Part shown: positions 8,836 to 17,620 of the stretch, one piece after another
Position numbering within the stretch: position 1 is the first letter of the stretch
Layout of the letters: every line of letters begins with the position of its first letter
Source: Myxococcaceae bacterium
Lineage (GTDB): Bacteria > Myxococcota > Myxococcia > Myxococcales > Myxococcaceae
Assembly: GCA_045802665.1 (NCBI GenBank)
Contig: JBJMQN010000227.1
Span: forward strand, 1-25,382
DNA length: 25,382 nucleotides
Reading direction: 5' to 3'
Translations under genes and position numbers: made by a program
Notes under the pieces: generated by a model
What the model saw: only the letters and a program-made list of their open reading frames with translations
Databases searched by the model: none
What the model was told of the DNA's origin: nothing

Positions 8836-10446
8836 ATGGAACGTCGCCTCTCGCTGCTCGCCATCGCCGTCGTGTGCGCGTTCTTCGCCGCTTGCAGCAA
8901 GTGCGGCAAATCGCCCGTCACGCCTGCCGCTGCGCCCGCGCCGATCTCCCGGTATCTCCCGAAGGCCGTCGAAGCGGCGGTCGTCGTTCCGGATGTCGCG
9001 GCGCTCGGCGAGAAGATCAAGCTGCTGCAGGACTTGAAGACCGCGAACTTCGTCGCTCAGCTTCAGGGCTTCACGTCCGGCACGGAGCTCGCGACCTCGT
9101 TCATGCAGCAGCTCGGCGTGGATCTCCGTTCGCGCGAGGAGATCGAGAAGATCGGCATCGATCCGTCGAAGGGAGCGGGCGTCGCGCTGCTTCCCGGCAA
9201 TGAGGCGTACAGCGTCGTCGCGGTGAAGGACGAAGCGAAGCTGAGGACGTTCCTCAAGAACCTCGCCGCGAACCGTCTCGGTGCGAGCGTCGAGAGCACG
9301 TGGGAGCAGGGCGGGGTGAAGGTCGTGACGTGGGCGCGTTCGGGGACCACTCCTGCGCTCGGCTACGTCGTGAAAGATGGCTTCGCGTTCATCGCGCCCA
9401 ACGCGACGGCGGAGAAGATCAAGAACTGGGCGGCGCTCACCGAGGACCAGTCGCTGTCTCAGGAGCCGCCGCTCACCGAGTCGCTCAAGCGGCTCCCCGA
9501 GACGCGCGATCTCTACGTCTACGCGCCGCAGGGCTCCGAGCTCGCGAAGAAGGGGACGCTCGCGGGTGGGACGATCGTCGCCAATCTCGCCGCGGATGGG
9601 CTCACGCTCATCTCTGACTTCCCGTGGCCGAACACGCAGGACTCGCTCAACGTCCTCCAGCCCGCGAACGGTCCGAACCTGTTCGACAAGCTTCCGAAAG
9701 ACGCGTTCGCCGTCGCGCGCTTCGGCGGAGATCCCGCGTTGCTCGCGCCGTTTCTCCCGCACCTCATCGGTCCGTACATCGAGAAGGCGCTCAAGGATGC
9801 CGGCATCGATGCGAACGCGCAGATCCTCCAGAACTTGAAGCCCGGCATCGCCGTCGCCGTCTCCGTCGCGAACACGATCCGGTTCGATCGGCAGGTGCAG
9901 CTCGACGTGCGGCGCACCAACCCGTTCACGTACGCGCACCTCACCGCGCTTGGCCAGGTGAAGGATGCAGCTCAAGCGCAGGCGCTCTTCGACAAGCTGC
10001 CGGAGATCGCCCCGAAGTTCGGCGCGCAGATGGAGAAGACCACGCGCGAGGGCGTGCCCGCCGTCGTCACCCACTACGCGCAGGGCGAGGGCGTGCACTT
10101 CGCGCTCATCAAAGACACGGTCGTCGCCGGCTCGCCGTTGCCGCGGTTCGACGAGGCGGTGGCGATGGTGAGCAAGGGCGAGAAGGGCCCGGGCCCGTTC
10201 TCGGATCCTTCGTTCGAGGGACTGTTCAAAGACCGTTCGGTCGCGGTGCTGATCGATCTGCACCGGCTCGCGGACTCGGTGCGCAATCTTCCGGGCGACG
10301 CGTGGGGGCCGGGCGGCGGCTTCGTGAAGGCGGGCTGGATGCGCTGGCTGGACGGCATGGACGATCTCCGGGCGATCACCGTCTCCGTCGCGGGAAAAGG
10401 CAGCGCGGTGCAGGCGGAGATCTCGCTCAGGTTCAGCAAGAAGTGA
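8836..10446 (+). CDS. Hypothetical lipoprotein (possibly DUF3352-like repeated alpha/beta fold)
   Basis: Signal MERRLSLLAIAVVCAFFAAC with FAA-C lipobox (Cys20); 536 aa; GTGA overlap with the ABC ATPase. The family guess is weak. Confidence 0.8.
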   Translation: MERRLSLLAIAVVCAFFAACSKCGKSPVTPAAAPAPISRYLPKAVEAAVVVPDVAALGEKIKLLQDLKTANFVAQLQGFTSGTELATSFMQQLGVDLRSREEIEKIGIDPSKGAGVALLPGNEAYSVVAVKDEAKLRTFLKNLAANRLGASVESTWEQGGVKVVTWARSGTTPALGYVVKDGFAFIAPNATAEKIKNWAALTEDQSLSQEPPLTESLKRLPETRDLYVYAPQGSELAKKGTLAGGTIVANLAADGLTLISDFPWPNTQDSLNVLQPANGPNLFDKLPKDAFAVARFGGDPALLAPFLPHLIGPYIEKALKDAGIDANAQILQNLKPGIAVAVSVANTIRFDRQVQLDVRRTNPFTYAHLTALGQVKDAAQAQALFDKLPEIAPKFGAQMEKTTREGVPAVVTHYAQGEGVHFALIKDTVVAGSPLPRFDEAVAMVSKGEKGPGPFSDPSFEGLFKDRSVAVLIDLHRLADSVRNLPGDAWGPGGGFVKAGWMRWLDGMDDLRAITVSVAGKGSAVQAEISLRFSKK

Positions 10447-11123
10447 TCTCCGCGAAGGCGCTTCGAAAAAAGTACGTCGAGGCGGAGGGGCGCGAGCTCC
10501 GGGTGCTGGACGGACTTTCGCTGGAGGTCGCGCAGGGCGAGTTCGTCGCCGTCGTTGGTCCCTCGGGCAGCGGCAAGTCCACGCTGCTGCACGTGCTCGG
10601 CGGGCTGGACGTGGATTACCAGGGGCAGGTGCAGGTCGCGGGGAAGACGCTCACCGGCCTCTCGGACAAGGAGCTCGCGGCGTTCCGAAACGAGCAGGTG
10701 GGCTTCGTCTTTCAGTCCTTCCACCTCATCCCGAATCTGACCGCGCTCCAGAACGTCACGCTGCCCGGCTTCTTCGGAAAGCGCGCGCGGACGGAGGACG
10801 AACAGCGGGCGGCGGCGGCGCTCGATCGCGTGGGGCTCTGGGCGAAGAAAGACAGAGCACCTCCCCAGCTCTCCGGCGGTGAACGCCAACGCGTCGCCAT
10901 CGCGCGAGCGCTCTTCATGCAGCCCAGGGTCCTCTTCTGCGACGAGCCCACCGGAAATCTCGATGCGCGCACGGGCGCGGAGATCATCGACCTGTTCAAG
11001 GCGCTCCACGGCGAAGGCCTGACGCTGCTCGCGGTGACGCATGAGGATCGCATGAGCTCCGCCGCTCAGCGGACGCTGCGGCTCAAAGAGGGGCTGCTCG
11101 TTCCCGAGGGAGCGGCCGCGTGA
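10443..11123 (+). CDS. ABC transporter ATP-binding protein, LolD/MacB/FtsE-like
   Basis: GTG at 10443 (MISAKALRK), in frame with the listed 9624 ORF. Walker [11 protein letters not shown]-loop GFVFQSFHL, signature [15 protein letters not shown], Walker B/D-loop [11 protein letters not shown]-loop VTHE. Confidence 0.95.
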   Translation: MISAKALRKKYVEAEGRELRVLDGLSLEVAQGEFVAVVGPSGSGKSTLLHVLGGLDVDYQGQVQVAGKTLTGLSDKELAAFRNEQVGFVFQSFHLIPNLTALQNVTLPGFFGKRARTEDEQRAAAALDRVGLWAKKDRAPPQLSGGERQRVAIARALFMQPRVLFCDEPTGNLDARTGAEIIDLFKALHGEGLTLLAVTHEDRMSSAAQRTLRLKEGLLVPEGAAA

Positions 11124-12397
11124 ACTCCGGGAACTGGGCGCAGCTGGTTCGGCTCTCGCTGCGGCGCGATCGCAAGGGCGCCATCTTCTCCGCGTTCGGC
11201 GTGACGATTGGCGTGGGCGCGCTGGTGTTCTTCGTCGCGCTCGGGCTCGGAGTGGGGAAGGTGATCCGCGAGAAGGTCTTCCCGGTGGACGCGCGCCTCG
11301 TGGAGGTCATCCCGCCCCAGCTCTCGCTTGGCCTCTTCGGCGGCAACAAGCTGGACCAGTCCACCGTCGAACGCCTCTCCGCCATCCCCGGCGTCGAGAC
11401 GGTCTTCCGCAAGATGAACGTCCGGGCCCCAGCCGCCTCCCGCTACAACGGCGACTTCTTCGGCAGCCGCCTCTCGGTCGGCGTGGACATCTTCATGGTC
11501 GGCGTCGAGCCCGGCTTCGTGAAGGGCGACGTGCTGATGGGCGAGTTCAAGGACCCCGGGCCGGATCAGCCGATCCCCGCGCTCGTCTCGTCGCGGCTGC
11601 TGGAGATCTACAACAAGAGCTTCGCGCCCACGCGCAAGCTGCCGCAGCTGTCCGGACAGATGGTGACCGGCTTCATGTTCCCGCTGGAGTTCAACCGATC
11701 GTTCATGACGCTCTCGCCGTCTGGTCCGGTCATCCCCGCGAGGGCGCAGATCGTCGGCGTCTCGGACCGCGCGCCGCTCGAGGGCGTCACGGTCCCGCTG
11801 GACGTCGCCATCCGGATGAACAAGGCGACCGGTCAGGACGCGGAGAGCTACACCGCGCTCTCCGTCGTCGCGAAGGATCCGTCAGCGGTTCCGCGCATCG
11901 TGGAAGAGGCGAAGAAGATGGGCTTTCAGATCGACGATCGCGATCGCAAGCAGGCCGAGAACGCGGGCGCCGCCGTCGCGCTCACCACCTCCGCGCTCGC
12001 GCTGCTCTCGATCCTGATCTGCGTGCTCGCGGCGGTGAACATCGCCCATGCGCTGTCCGCGTCGGTTCGCGCCCGGGCGAAAGAGATTGGCGTGATGCGC
12101 GCGGTGGGCGCCTCACGCTCGGACATCCGGAACCTCATCCTCGGCGAGGCGGCAGCGACCGGCTTTCTGGGTGGGGTCGCAGGCACCGTTCTCGCTGTGG
12201 CGGCGGCGTTCGGCATCGACGCGTTCGCGAAGACGTATCTCCCGGAGTTCCCCTTCAAGCCCGAGTCATTCTTCTCATTCCCCATCGCGGTGGTGGCGGG
12301 CGGCGTGCTCCTCGGTATGCTCGCCGCCGTGGTGGGCGCGTGGTTCCCCAGCCGGCACGCCGCCGCGCTGGATCCCGCGAGGACGCTGGCTGGATGA
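11120..12397 (+). CDS. ABC permease, MacB/LolE/FtsX family
   Basis: One N-terminal TM (FGVTIGVGALVFFVALG), a large extracytoplasmic domain, then three TMs with the SVRARAKEIGVMRAVGASRSDIRNLILGEA signature and C-terminal AALDPARTL. Confidence 0.93.
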   Translation: MNSGNWAQLVRLSLRRDRKGAIFSAFGVTIGVGALVFFVALGLGVGKVIREKVFPVDARLVEVIPPQLSLGLFGGNKLDQSTVERLSAIPGVETVFRKMNVRAPAASRYNGDFFGSRLSVGVDIFMVGVEPGFVKGDVLMGEFKDPGPDQPIPALVSSRLLEIYNKSFAPTRKLPQLSGQMVTGFMFPLEFNRSFMTLSPSGPVIPARAQIVGVSDRAPLEGVTVPLDVAIRMNKATGQDAESYTALSVVAKDPSAVPRIVEEAKKMGFQIDDRDRKQAENAGAAVALTTSALALLSILICVLAAVNIAHALSASVRARAKEIGVMRAVGASRSDIRNLILGEAAATGFLGGVAGTVLAVAAAFGIDAFAKTYLPEFPFKPESFFSFPIAVVAGGVLLGMLAAVVGAWFPSRHAAALDPARTLAG

Positions 12398-13179
12398 AGC
12401 TGCCCGGGAGAGGGACGCTGATCGCGAACGCCGCGCTCCTCGCGCTGGTGCTCTGGCTCTACGTCGCGGACGTCTACGACTGGGCCCGTGCGCGCACCGC
12501 CGACGTCTCCGCCCTCACCGAGCTGCCCCGCGTCGGGTACGCCTCGTTCATCCTGGTCGCGACCGCGATCTCCGTCGGGTTCTTCCTGTACGGGATCTTC
12601 AAGGACAGGCCTCCCAACTTTCGCGGCTATCGGCTGCTGCCCATCGTCGCGATCGTCGGGCTGTTCGTGGATCTCTTCGTGCTGAGCGCCGACGAGCTGC
12701 CCATGCCGCCCGCGGACCAGACGATGCTGGTGCTGCATTCGCTCGCGCGTTCGGCGTCTGAACGGTCCACGCCGGAGCACGTGCTCGTGAGCGATCGCGA
12801 GCTCGCGGATCTGGTGAAGGACTTCGGCCAGCCCCCGTACCTCGTCAAAGGCAAGCGCGCGGAGGCCTTCACCGTGCAGCGCCGCATGGACTGCGACGGG
12901 CCCATCAAAGAGGCCCCGGGTGCGCAGGTGGGCACCTTTCTCTACTGCGTCAGCAAGGATCAGACGCGCGCATGGCTCACGGTCGTCGGGCTTCCGGTCG
13001 AGCAGCACTTCGGCGTTCCCGCGGTGATCACCCGTCAGGGCGAGATCTTAGGAGCGGTCGTGGAGGCCGAAACGCCGTCCGAGGAGCCGGGCGAGGAGCC
13101 GGGCGAGCAGGGCGGGCCCGAGCTCACCGGCGATGCAGGTTCCGCGGCTCCCGTCGAGGGCGAGGACGTCAGCCCGTAA
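12394..13179 (+). CDS. Hypothetical membrane protein (3 TM + two-Cys extramembrane domain + acidic tail)
   Basis: ATG at 12394 overlaps the permease stop (ATGA). Three hydrophobic segments, then CDGP...LYC and an E/P/G-rich tail; 261 aa. Confidence 0.78.
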   Translation: MKLPGRGTLIANAALLALVLWLYVADVYDWARARTADVSALTELPRVGYASFILVATAISVGFFLYGIFKDRPPNFRGYRLLPIVAIVGLFVDLFVLSADELPMPPADQTMLVLHSLARSASERSTPEHVLVSDRELADLVKDFGQPPYLVKGKRAEAFTVQRRMDCDGPIKEAPGAQVGTFLYCVSKDQTRAWLTVVGLPVEQHFGVPAVITRQGEILGAVVEAETPSEEPGEEPGEQGGPELTGDAGSAAPVEGEDVSP

Positions 13180-13206
13180 GCCCTCCGGTCAGCCGTGGAA
13201 GTTCGG

Positions 13207-13260
13207 TTGACCACCCTCTCTACGGCTCACTAGGCTCTCGGGCCGTAGCCGGGGTTTTTT
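13207..13260 (+). promoter_or_regulatory. Overlapping terminator-like hairpin and putative sigma70 promoter upstream of the kinase
   Basis: CTACGGCTC (13220-13228) pairs with GGGCCGTAG (13240-13248), followed by CCGGGG and T6. TTGACC (13207-13212), 18 bp, TAGGCT (13231-13236) places the -10 in the loop. Confidence 0.45.
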
Positions 13261-13287
13261 CTCTCGCCCCGCGCCCGGAAAACCCAA

Positions 13288-15807
13288 GTGACCAGCCCAG
13301 CCCCGACCCCCAAGCGGCAGCCCATTCCATTCGGGAAGTATCTTCTCCTGGATCGCATCAACATCGGCGGTATGGCCGAGGTGTGGCGAGGCAAGACCTT
13401 CGGCGCCGGCGGCTTCGAACGCCTGATGGCGATCAAGCGCATCCTCCCGAACATCGCCGAGGATGAAGAGTTCATCTCGATGTTCATCGACGAGGCGAAG
13501 ATCAGCGTCCAGCTGACACACGCCAACGTCGCGCAGATCGCCGAGCTCGGAAACATCGGCGGCAGCTACTTCATCGCGATGGAGTACATCCCCGGGAAGG
13601 ACCTCCGGGCGATCTTCGACAAGTGCCGCAAGAAGGGTGAGCCCGCGCCCATCCCGCTGACCTGCTTCGTCGTCAGCAAGATGTGCGAAGGGCTCGACTA
13701 CGCCCACCGCAAGAAGGACGGGATGGGGCGGGACATGAACATCGTCCACCGCGACATCTCTCCGCAGAACGTCCTCCTCTCGTACGAGGGCGAGGTGAAG
13801 GTCATCGACTTCGGTATCGCCAAGGCCGCGGGCAAGGCGACGAAGACGCAGGCCGGAATTCTCAAGGGCAAGTTCGGCTACATGAGCCCGGAGCAGATCC
13901 GCGGCCTGCCGCTGGATCGCCGCTCGGACGTCTTCGCGATTGGCGTCGTGCTCTACGAAATGCTGACGGGCGAGCGCCTCTTCGTGGGCGACTCCGACTT
14001 CAGCGTCCTGGAGAAGGTCCGCAAGGCGGAAGTCCTTCCGCCGACGACGTACAACAAGCGGATCCCCGAGGCGCTGGAGAAGATCGTCCTCAAGGCGTTG
14101 GCGAAGGAAGTGGATGACCGCTACCAGTACGCCAACGAGCTCGGCGACGATCTGCAGCGGTTCCTGATCACCTCCGACTCGATCTTCAGCCGCAAGGACC
14201 TCATGCAGTACATGAAGTCCACGTTCGCGGAGGAAGTGGAGCGCGAGAAGCAGCGCCTCGCCGAATACTCCGAGGTGAAGGCGCCGGAAGGCTTCCTCGC
14301 CGCGATCGAGATGGGCTACCAGGGCCCGATGTCCGGCGTGCCCGGCGCAGTCGCCGCCGCCAATGCGCCTCAGGGCGGCCCCACGCCTCGCCAGTCCGCG
14401 ACCGGCATCCCCGCGGTCCGGCCCTCTGCCGTCAACAACCCCGCGGTCCCTCCGGCGCGTCCGTCATCCGCGAACGTGCCAGCCGTCGCCCCTGCGCGAG
14501 CGTCGACGTCGGGCGCACCGGCCGTTGCCCCTGCCGGAGCTGGGAACACCGGCGTGAAGCGGTCTCCTTCGCTCACCGCGCTCCCCAAGCTCACCGCCGT
14601 CGCGCCGCTGCTCAGCAACGCCGCCGAGGACGACGGTGGCGCCACGATGATGGCGGACGTGAACTCCTTCTCCGCCGACGGCCAGGCCAAGGTGAACACC
14701 GGTCCCATGCCCGCGATGGTGGGGGACAACGAGACGCTCTTCGATCCCGGCGCGGACGACCACAGCACGCTGCCGCCCTCGAACCCGCGGCTCTCCGCGA
14801 ACCCCGGACGCACTCCCGCTCCCGGCCCGAACCCGATGCTCGACGCGACGCTCCCGCCGCAGCCGCGCCGAAGCGGTGCCGCGCCCGCTGTCGCGCGGAA
14901 CGTTCCGGTGATCGACAAGGTCGCGCCCGCCGCGCAATCCACCGCTCAGCTCCCCGCCTATCAGGAGAAGAAGAACGCGCCGAAGCCTCCCCCGCAGCTC
15001 GGCGGTGGCAGCACGAACGTGAAGCTCTACGCCGCGATTGGCTTTGCCGTCGTCGCGCTGCTCCTCGTCGTGGGCGTCGTCCTCTTCAAGGGCCCGTCCA
15101 CCGGTAACCTGGTCCTCCAGGTCCCGAATGACGCCATCGGCAAGGTGACGGTCAACATCGACGCCGCGAATGTTCCGTGGCCGTTGGACGAGACCGGCAA
15201 GGCGATGCCGATCTTCATCCAGCGCGATCTCAAGGCCGGGCCGCACGTCGTCATCGTGAGCGGCGAAGGCTTCGAGACCTGGAGCGGCGGTGCGGATGTG
15301 AAGGCCGGCACTGACCTCACTCAGGTCAAGGTCGACATGAAGCGGCTCGCGCAGAAGACGCAGCTCATCGTGATCATCTCGCCGGAGTCCGCCGAGATCC
15401 GGATCAACAACGAGGTCGTGAAGAAGGAAGGCGAGGGCGGCAATCCCTTCGTCGGCGAGGCGATGACCGGCCAGCCCGCGACCGTCGAGGTCCGCGCGAA
15501 GGGCTACCAGAAGTTCTCGCAGAAGATCACCCCGAAGGCGGGCGAGACCAACAGCGTGAAGGCGGCGCTGCAGCCGCTCCAGTTCGCGCTCAACGTGAGC
15601 TCCGATCCGGAAGGTGCGACGATCTTCGTGCAGGGCCGCGAGGTCGGCACCACGCCGTCGTCCATCAAGGTCGCCGGCGGCGTCAGCGAGCTCGTGCTCA
15701 AGAAGAACTGCTTCGACACCGCGACGGTGCCGCTGCAGCTGCCCACCGAGCCGGGCGATGCTCAGGCGTTGAAGGGCGCGCTCAAGAAGCAGCCCGGCTG
15801 TAAGTAG
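13288..15807 (+). CDS. Hanks-type Ser/Thr protein kinase with Pro/Ala linker, one TM and C-terminal PEGA-like domains
   Basis: IGGMAEVW, MAIKRI, HRDISPQNVLL, DFGIAK, GKFGYMSPEQ, DVFAIG; TM LYAAIGFAVVALLLVVGVVLF; PEGA-like VSSDPEGATIFVQGREVGTTP and ISPESAEIRINNE. Confidence 0.96.
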   Translation: MTSPAPTPKRQPIPFGKYLLLDRINIGGMAEVWRGKTFGAGGFERLMAIKRILPNIAEDEEFISMFIDEAKISVQLTHANVAQIAELGNIGGSYFIAMEYIPGKDLRAIFDKCRKKGEPAPIPLTCFVVSKMCEGLDYAHRKKDGMGRDMNIVHRDISPQNVLLSYEGEVKVIDFGIAKAAGKATKTQAGILKGKFGYMSPEQIRGLPLDRRSDVFAIGVVLYEMLTGERLFVGDSDFSVLEKVRKAEVLPPTTYNKRIPEALEKIVLKALAKEVDDRYQYANELGDDLQRFLITSDSIFSRKDLMQYMKSTFAEEVEREKQRLAEYSEVKAPEGFLAAIEMGYQGPMSGVPGAVAAANAPQGGPTPRQSATGIPAVRPSAVNNPAVPPARPSSANVPAVAPARASTSGAPAVAPAGAGNTGVKRSPSLTALPKLTAVAPLLSNAAEDDGGATMMADVNSFSADGQAKVNTGPMPAMVGDNETLFDPGADDHSTLPPSNPRLSANPGRTPAPGPNPMLDATLPPQPRRSGAAPAVARNVPVIDKVAPAAQSTAQLPAYQEKKNAPKPPPQLGGGSTNVKLYAAIGFAVVALLLVVGVVLFKGPSTGNLVLQVPNDAIGKVTVNIDAANVPWPLDETGKAMPIFIQRDLKAGPHVVIVSGEGFETWSGGADVKAGTDLTQVKVDMKRLAQKTQLIVIISPESAEIRINNEVVKKEGEGGNPFVGEAMTGQPATVEVRAKGYQKFSQKITPKAGETNSVKAALQPLQFALNVSSDPEGATIFVQGREVGTTPSSIKVAGGVSELVLKKNCFDTATVPLQLPTEPGDAQALKGALKKQPGCK

Positions 15808-15834
15808 GGCCGTCCCGGGAGGGGACGAAATCAC

Positions 15835-17589
15835 ATGGCCAGGACGAAGAAGGCCGAGAAGGCAGATCCCCTTTCGGGTCTGCCGCTCTGGGCGCAGAAG
15901 CTCGCGGAGAAGTACTACACGAAGACCGTCAGCACGTTCCTGCTCAACGGAGCGGTGCGCGATCTTCAGCCGGTGACGACGGACGACGGCGGCCGGGCGT
16001 TTGGTCCGCTTCGCCAGTTCCTCTCCGATGAGCTCTTCGGGAGTCGTGACCACGTCATCTTCTACGACCGGTCGTCCGGGGTCCGCGCCGCGACGCCGGA
16101 GACTCAGCAGGATCTCAACCGGATCATGTCCGCGTACGACACCATGTACGGGACGGATTACGCGAAGGTCCTGCCGCGCGATCCAGGTCGAGCGCTGCAG
16201 ATCCTCGAGAACTACCTGCGGATGCGGCTGTCGGACAACAAGTCGCTCGCGCTGATCATCGACTTCGCGGAGACGCTGGCGCCGGGCTCGGAGATCGGCA
16301 GCCTGTCTTCCGAGGATCGCTACGTCCTCGCGACGCTCATCAAGTGGGCGCAGGATCCGCAGTTCCTCGCCGGTGACGTGTCGATCATCCTGATCGCCGA
16401 GAACCTCGCCGAGATGAGCCCAAGGCTCGCGCGCAACCCGTACGTCTCCATCATCGACATCCCGCTCCCCACCGAGGACGAGCGGCTCGACTACGTCAAA
16501 TGGAAGCTCGAAGACCGCAAGGCCGCGTCCGTGTCCGACGTCCCGGTCGCGGCGCTGGCGAAGATGACGGCGGGCCTGTCGCGCATCAACCTGGACCGCA
16601 TCCTCACCGAGGCGACCGAGCGCAACATCCGCGTCACCACGGATCTCCTCAAGGACAAGAAGAAGGAGCTCATCCAGGCCGAGTGCCACGGGCTGCTCGA
16701 GTTCATCGAACCGCCGTTCAATCTGGACATCGTCGCCGGTCACAGCGGCGCGAAGAAGCTGCTCAAGAACGCGTCCTCCGCTCTGAAAAAGGGCCAGCTC
16801 GGCGCGCTGCCCATGGGCTACCTGGTCTCGGGACCTGTGGGCACGGGCAAGACGTTCCTCGTCACCTGCTTCGCCGGCGAGATCGGCGTTCCCTGCGTGA
16901 AGTTCATGAACTTCCGCAGCCAGTGGCAGGGCGTGACCGAGGCGAACCTCGAGAAGATCTTCAACCTGCTGAAGGCCCTGTGGCCGGTGGCGGTGATGAT
17001 CGACGAGGCGGACACGATGCTCGGCAACCGCGAGCAATCCGGCGACTCGGGGACGTCCGCGCGCGTGTTCGGCACCATCGCCGCGTTCATGGGCAACACC
17101 GAGTACCGCGGGAAGATCATCTGGTTCCTGCTCACCGCACGGCCGGATCTGCTGCCGATCGATCTCAAGCGGCAGGGCCGCGCCGAAGAGCACCTCGCGC
17201 TCTTCTATCCGCAGACGGACGCGGAGCGGGAAGACCTGTTCCGCGTGCTCACGAAGAAGACCAAGGTGGATGTCGACGTGCCGTCCTTCGCGGCGCTCTT
17301 GCCCGAACGCGCGAAGAGCTTCTCCGGCGCGGACACCGAAGCGGTGCTCGTGCGCGCCAAGTTCCGGGCGGTCAGCGACGGCCGCGAGAAGGTCACGGCG
17401 GACGATCTGAAAGCGGTGCTGGAGGACTTCATCCCGCCCAGCTACCCGCTGGAGATCGAGCTGCAGAACCTCGCCGCGGTGCAAGAATGTACCAGCCGCG
17501 AGCTGCTTCCCGAGGCGTTCAAGAACGTCGATCGCGAGTTCGTCACCCGGCGAATCCGCGAGCTGAAGACCCTGCTCGAAGAGCGGTGA
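15835..17589 (+). CDS. AAA+ ATPase with a degenerate N-terminal P-loop module and an intact C-terminal AAA module
   Basis: Walker A GPVGTGKT (16831-16854), Walker B VMIDEAD, arginine-finger DLKRQGR, lid FSGADTEAVL. The N-terminal half has LIIDFAE (Walker-B-like) but no GKT. Confidence 0.92.
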   Translation: MARTKKAEKADPLSGLPLWAQKLAEKYYTKTVSTFLLNGAVRDLQPVTTDDGGRAFGPLRQFLSDELFGSRDHVIFYDRSSGVRAATPETQQDLNRIMSAYDTMYGTDYAKVLPRDPGRALQILENYLRMRLSDNKSLALIIDFAETLAPGSEIGSLSSEDRYVLATLIKWAQDPQFLAGDVSIILIAENLAEMSPRLARNPYVSIIDIPLPTEDERLDYVKWKLEDRKAASVSDVPVAALAKMTAGLSRINLDRILTEATERNIRVTTDLLKDKKKELIQAECHGLLEFIEPPFNLDIVAGHSGAKKLLKNASSALKKGQLGALPMGYLVSGPVGTGKTFLVTCFAGEIGVPCVKFMNFRSQWQGVTEANLEKIFNLLKALWPVAVMIDEADTMLGNREQSGDSGTSARVFGTIAAFMGNTEYRGKIIWFLLTARPDLLPIDLKRQGRAEEHLALFYPQTDAEREDLFRVLTKKTKVDVDVPSFAALLPERAKSFSGADTEAVLVRAKFRAVSDGREKVTADDLKAVLEDFIPPSYPLEIELQNLAAVQECTSRELLPEAFKNVDREFVTRRIRELKTLLEER

Positions 17590-17620
17590 CTTCCGCGGGC
17601 GGCGTACTAGCCTCACTGGC

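Noticed and set aside
9624-10442. Apparent 273-aa N-terminal extension of the ABC ATPase
   Set aside because: It lies wholly within the lipoprotein gene in another frame; the GTGA overlap at 10443 gives a normal-length ATPase.
10443-12397. Naming the ABC genes lolD/lolE, macB or ftsE/ftsX
   Set aside because: The class is clear, but orthology cannot be decided from motifs alone.
14330-15010. Pro/Ala-rich low-complexity stretch in the kinase as a separate repeat feature
   Set aside because: An ordinary disordered linker for this kinase type, with no discrete repeat unit.
15835-17589. AAA+ as a contractile-injection-system (Afp15/Pvc15-like) or prophage ATPase
   Set aside because: No sheath, tube, baseplate, spike or other phage-like genes are in the window.
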